Assembly (NCBI GenBank): GCA_964013405.1
Contig: CAXGWI010000051.1
Location: 1-21,525, forward strand
Source of the DNA: an uncultured Myxococcales bacterium
Lineage (GTDB): Bacteria; Myxococcota; UBA4151
Reading direction: 5' to 3'
Length of the DNA stretch: 21,525 nucleotides
The position numbers and the translations under genes were made by a program. Within the stretch, counting starts at the first letter, position 1. Every line of letters begins with the position of its first letter. Under the pieces are notes generated by a model that was not told the DNA's origin, ran no database searches, and worked only from the letters and a program-made list of their open reading frames with translations. Positions 18,181 to 21,525 of this stretch are shown piece after piece.

Positions 18181-19072
18181 CCACGGTAACCGTCATCCCT
18201 TCACGGGCACCATGTACCGTGACGGACGGCTGGGCGATGGAAAGTAGCTGAGCCGCCGACTCCACGAGCTCTGCCACCACGTCGTCATCGCTCTCCGGAT
18301 CGTGGTGGGTGAGAAAGGTTCGCCGGGCACCGGACTGAGCAGCCAAAGCAACCACTGTCGAAAGGCTGCCATGGCCCCAGTTGATACGCTGAGCATAGAG
18401 TTCATCGGTGTACTGGCAATCCACGATCAGGACGTCGGTCCCTCGAATGAACTCCAGCAGGTCACTTGGAAAGGTCCTGGGGGCGCCGGCGGGCAGAGGA
18501 AACCGATCGCCAGGGTCCCGCTCAAGCATCAGGTCCAATTCACAGTCCGTACAAAACACAGCGCTTCGGCCACCAAATTCGACACGGTAGAGGGTACTGC
18601 CTCCTGGATGGTGGCCACCACCAAACGCGTGAATCGTGGCCTGGTCGATTTGGATGGGACCCGTCAACTCGTGGAAATTAATCTGGGCCTGCATCGCTTC
18701 AAAGGGAACCGGGAAGTAGGCCTGCTGCATCTGGCCCTGAAGCATTTCTTGGACCGATTCGGCGTTGTTCCGCATGCCGTAAATATCGATCTGAAAGTTG
18801 GGGATGTAAGCCGGCGTAAAGAAGGGAAAGCCTTGGATATGGTCCCAATGCGTATGGCTAAAGAAGATGGAAAAATGAGCCCTTTGCTGGGCTTGGCTGA
18901 GCAGCTTATTGCCCAGATCCCGAATCCCGGTGCCCGCATCAAAGATCAAACGGGTGTCGCCGGCCATCATCTCAACGCAGGTGGTGTTGCCACCATAACA
19001 GTTGAAGCGAAAACCAGGCGTCGCAATGGAGCCCCGCGTGCCCCAAAATGTCACTGTAAACTCAGAGGACAT
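18173..19072 (-). CDS. MBL-fold metallo-hydrolase (candidate phosphodiesterase)
   Basis: Motifs FWGTRGS..PG....GGNTTCVE, DAGTG, HTHWDHIQG (HxHxDH), HPGG, TDCE, WGH and HHDP. Likely ATG at 19072, overlapping the FHA gene end by 11 nt. Confidence 0.88.
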   Translation of the reverse strand: MSSEFTVTFWGTRGSIATPGFRFNCYGGNTTCVEMMAGDTRLIFDAGTGIRDLGNKLLSQAQQRAHFSIFFSHTHWDHIQGFPFFTPAYIPNFQIDIYGMRNNAESVQEMLQGQMQQAYFPVPFEAMQAQINFHELTGPIQIDQATIHAFGGGHHPGGSTLYRVEFGGRSAVFCTDCELDLMLERDPGDRFPLPAGAPRTFPSDLLEFIRGTDVLIVDCQYTDELYAQRINWGHGSLSTVVALAAQSGARRTFLTHHDPESDDDVVAELVESAAQLLSIAQPSVTVHGAREGMTVTVGD

Positions 19073-19433
19073 CGAAATCATGCCCCACGGTGAAATAAAC
19101 TCGATGGGCACCAAATTGGAGTTGGTCACCTGGCGTTAGCCGGCAACGCTTCACCCGCACGCCATTGACGAAGGTGCCGTTGGTGCTCCCCAGGTCCTCC
19201 ACAACAAACTCACTGCGCTGCCGAACGATTTGGGCGTGATGGCGAGAGACCTGAGAATCCGGAATCATCATGTCCACATCACTCCCTCGGCCCAAAAGGA
19301 AGCGCTCATCGATCATCTCGACCGGAGGCCCCATGGTCCCGTCGGGATCCACGTGTCGCACCTGAGCGACAATATGAACCCTCCCAGTCGTGCCGAAAAG
19401 TTTGTCCACATAGACAGTGGTCTCTGTGGTCAA
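19062..19433 (-). CDS. Stand-alone FHA-domain protein
   Basis: Canonical LGR...VSRHHA...DLGSTNGTFVNG...GDQLQFG. GGGAG ribosome-binding site before the TTG start. Confidence 0.9.
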   Translation of the reverse strand: MTTETTVYVDKLFGTTGRVHIVAQVRHVDPDGTMGPPVEMIDERFLLGRGSDVDMMIPDSQVSRHHAQIVRQRSEFVVEDLGSTNGTFVNGVRVKRCRLTPGDQLQFGAHRVYFTVGHDFDVL

Positions 19434-19638
19434 ATTGCGCTCCCTCTACGACGGACTATCCCGTCCTACCTGATCCCGACCGATTGGGGAATAGGCAGGC
19501 AAAAGAACCCTGCCACGAACCGACCCGATTCCCAAGAAATCGACAAGTCGCTAAAGGAAACCCCGACGGAGGGGGTGCCCGCTGCAAATCGACGACAAGA
19601 GCAAAGAGCGGATTCAGCAGGCGGCCAGAGAGGGCCAA

Positions 19639-21525
19639 GTGCTTCTCGTGCTCGACCACGTGGACCGTGGCAGTGTCTCCGCCATCCGCAAAGAACTTGC
19701 GCAGCATCTGCCTCGAAACCTGCGGGCCCGTGTTCGAATCGTCAGCGATGGCAGTCGACTTCTCCCGGAATTGGCCTCCCGTGAAGGAGGTTCAGTGCTC
19801 CCCGCAACCTTGAGTTATGGTGGACATTCGGCCCATCCGTTGCGCCGTTACTGGTCTGGTCTTTTGGGCCAAGATCCCCGGCTGACCGTCGGTCGCCCCA
19901 TCCGAATCGAAACGCCCATTGCCGACGTTGCCGCCCGGGTTCAAGAAACCTTGGAAAGAGAGAAACAACTCCACATCGAACCCAGCTCACTCTCACCAAA
20001 GGCCGTCGCGACTTCCATCGCCGCGGAACTGGCGCCCAACGACAAGGCTCGACGCAAGAGGATCCGCAAAATCGTCCAAGAGATGGCCGCAGACCTCAAC
20101 ATGGCAACCATCCGAACCTTCTCAAGATTGCTCGACCGCGTCTTCCCGGCCATGTTCTCAGGCCTGGATTTCGACCGGCCCAAACTCGAGATTGTGCGGG
20201 AGCGGATTCGAACTGGACCGGTGATTTTTTGCCCCAGTCACCGCAGCCACGTCGATTATCTTGTTTTAAGCTACGCCCTCGTCAAGCACGGGATCATTCC
20301 ACCGCTGATCGCTGCCGGCGAGAACATGAACTTCTGGCCCTTTGGTGCCTGGTTTCGCTCTTCAGGCGCATTCTTCATCCGGCGCAGCTTTCGAGACGAC
20401 CCCGATTACCGGCTCGCGTTCGCCGCCTACCTGCGATATTTAATGCTTTCCGGGATCTCTCTAGAGTTCTTTCCGGAGGGGACCCGCAGCCGAACCGGCA
20501 AATGCATGCCGCCCCGGTTCGGGGTCTTCAATGCCGTACTCGAAGCCTATAAATTGGCGCCTGAAGCGCTCGAGAAGGTGGCCGTCGTGCCCGTCGACAT
20601 CAATTACGAACGGGTTCCAGAGCTCGCTGCGCACGTGCGGGAGCGAGCCGGTGGTGAGAAGTCAAAAGAGAGCGCGACCCAGGTGTTTAAAGCCCTTGGC
20701 GTCTTGAGAGGCGGCTACGGCTGGGTTCGTCTCAGCTTCGGGCGCGCCATCCCGATCGGCGCCTTCCTACGACAACAAAAGCTCGATGTCTCTGTCCTCG
20801 ATGAGCGCCGGGTTGCGGCCGCCCGCCTCGCTTACAAAACCCTCTCAGGGATTATTGAAGCCAGCCCCAAGTCAGCGGTGGGCCTCATCGCCCTCGTGCT
20901 GCTCGCCGCCGACGAGCGGGCCCTTGCTCCCCAAACGGTGCTTCGTCGGGCCGAACGACTCCTCGCGGCCCTCGGTCGTGACGTCGTGCTCGAAGACAAA
21001 GGGGATGACCCCTTGGCTTCAGCCCTTGATTTCCTGAAGGCCGGCGGCTTCACCAGTAGCCTCGGTGACGGTCGACTCGTTGTGCGACGGGACCGACGAG
21101 CAGCCCTCGCCTTCATGCGAAACCAGGCAATTCATGCCTTCGTTCCTGGCGCGATCCTTCTCCAGTCCATAAGCGATTGTCTCGAAACCAACGGCGTCGC
21201 GCTGGTGGATCCTGTGCTCGAACGAGCCCGCTTCTATTCGAGTTTGTTGCGGCATGAGTTTGTCTTTCCCCAAGGCACGATTGAAGCGAACCTCTTCGCC
21301 GCAGGGCGCCGACTGATGGAGGCGGGCATCGTCACCACCGATGGGACCAGTTTTGAGCCCGTCGACGGGACCGAGATGAACGCGTTGAGGCGAAGTTGGA
21401 TGAACTGTATCGCTGATATCCTCGACGGATATCGGGGCTTGGTGCGGGCCATCAACCGCCGGGATCGACTGGAGCCACTGGCCAAACTCAAACAACTGCT
21501 TCTTGAAGACCTCCGGGCTCAAGAA
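19639..21525 (+). CDS. plsB: Glycerol-3-phosphate acyltransferase PlsB/GPAT family (3'-truncated; start uncertain)
   Basis: Frame +1 is open from 19555 to the window end and is absent from the ORF track. My translation shows PSHRSHVDY (HxxxxD), IAAGENM, GAFFIRRSF, FFPEGTRSRTGK and VPVDINYERV. Confidence 0.88.
   Translation, partial: MLLVLDHVDRGSVSAIRKELAQHLPRNLRARVRIVSDGSRLLPELASREGGSVLPATLSYGGHSAHPLRRYWSGLLGQDPRLTVGRPIRIETPIADVAARVQETLEREKQLHIEPSSLSPKAVATSIAAELAPNDKARRKRIRKIVQEMAADLNMATIRTFSRLLDRVFPAMFSGLDFDRPKLEIVRERIRTGPVIFCPSHRSHVDYLVLSYALVKHGIIPPLIAAGENMNFWPFGAWFRSSGAFFIRRSFRDDPDYRLAFAAYLRYLMLSGISLEFFPEGTRSRTGKCMPPRFGVFNAVLEAYKLAPEALEKVAVVPVDINYERVPELAAHVRERAGGEKSKESATQVFKALGVLRGGYGWVRLSFGRAIPIGAFLRQQKLDVSVLDERRVAAARLAYKTLSGIIEASPKSAVGLIALVLLAADERALAPQTVLRRAERLLAALGRDVVLEDKGDDPLASALDFLKAGGFTSSLGDGRLVVRRDRRAALAFMRNQAIHAFVPGAILLQSISDCLETNGVALVDPVLERARFYSSLLRHEFVFPQGTIEANLFAAGRRLMEAGIVTTDGTSFEPVDGTEMNALRRSWMNCIADILDGYRGLVRAINRRDRLEPLAKLKQLLLEDLRAQE

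Noticed and set aside
19494..19514. GGCAGG/CCTGCC inverted repeat in the divergent intergenic region
   Set aside because: Only a 6-bp stem in GC-rich DNA with no U-tract. GG-GC spacing is 12 rather than the 10 required for sigma54.
19456..21522. Short ORFs listed on both strands over the right end
   Set aside because: They are mostly shadows of the unlisted frame +1 plsB gene.

Overview
GC-rich bacterial genomic window. Gene content suggests a Myxococcota or related former-deltaproteobacterial lineage (inference). Left, + strand: a lipid A cluster (skp, lpxD, lpxA, lpxI; no fabZ or lpxB) followed by a divergent ThiE/TenI-like gene. Middle, - strand: ten tightly spaced, co-oriented genes spanning 19433 to 5869. 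In order they are an FHA protein, an MBL-fold hydrolase, Flp pilin, prepilin peptidase, CpaC secretin, FHA-fused CpaF ATPase, an FHA-FHA-TM-TPR protein, a beta-barrel/TSP3/OmpA protein, a FecR-domain protein and a CHASE2 adenylate cyclase. A TPP riboswitch and thiC follow directly. Right, + strand: a 3'-truncated PlsB-type acyltransferase that the ORF track missed. The main result is a Tad cluster matching the Myxococcus Kil prey-killing cluster, joined directly to a candidate trans-envelope cAMP signalling module. A CRP-like palindrome and a candidate phosphodiesterase lie upstream. LpxA and LpxD also both appear to lack the glutamine that recognises the acyl 3-hydroxyl. All calls come from reading motifs by eye; no database searches were run.
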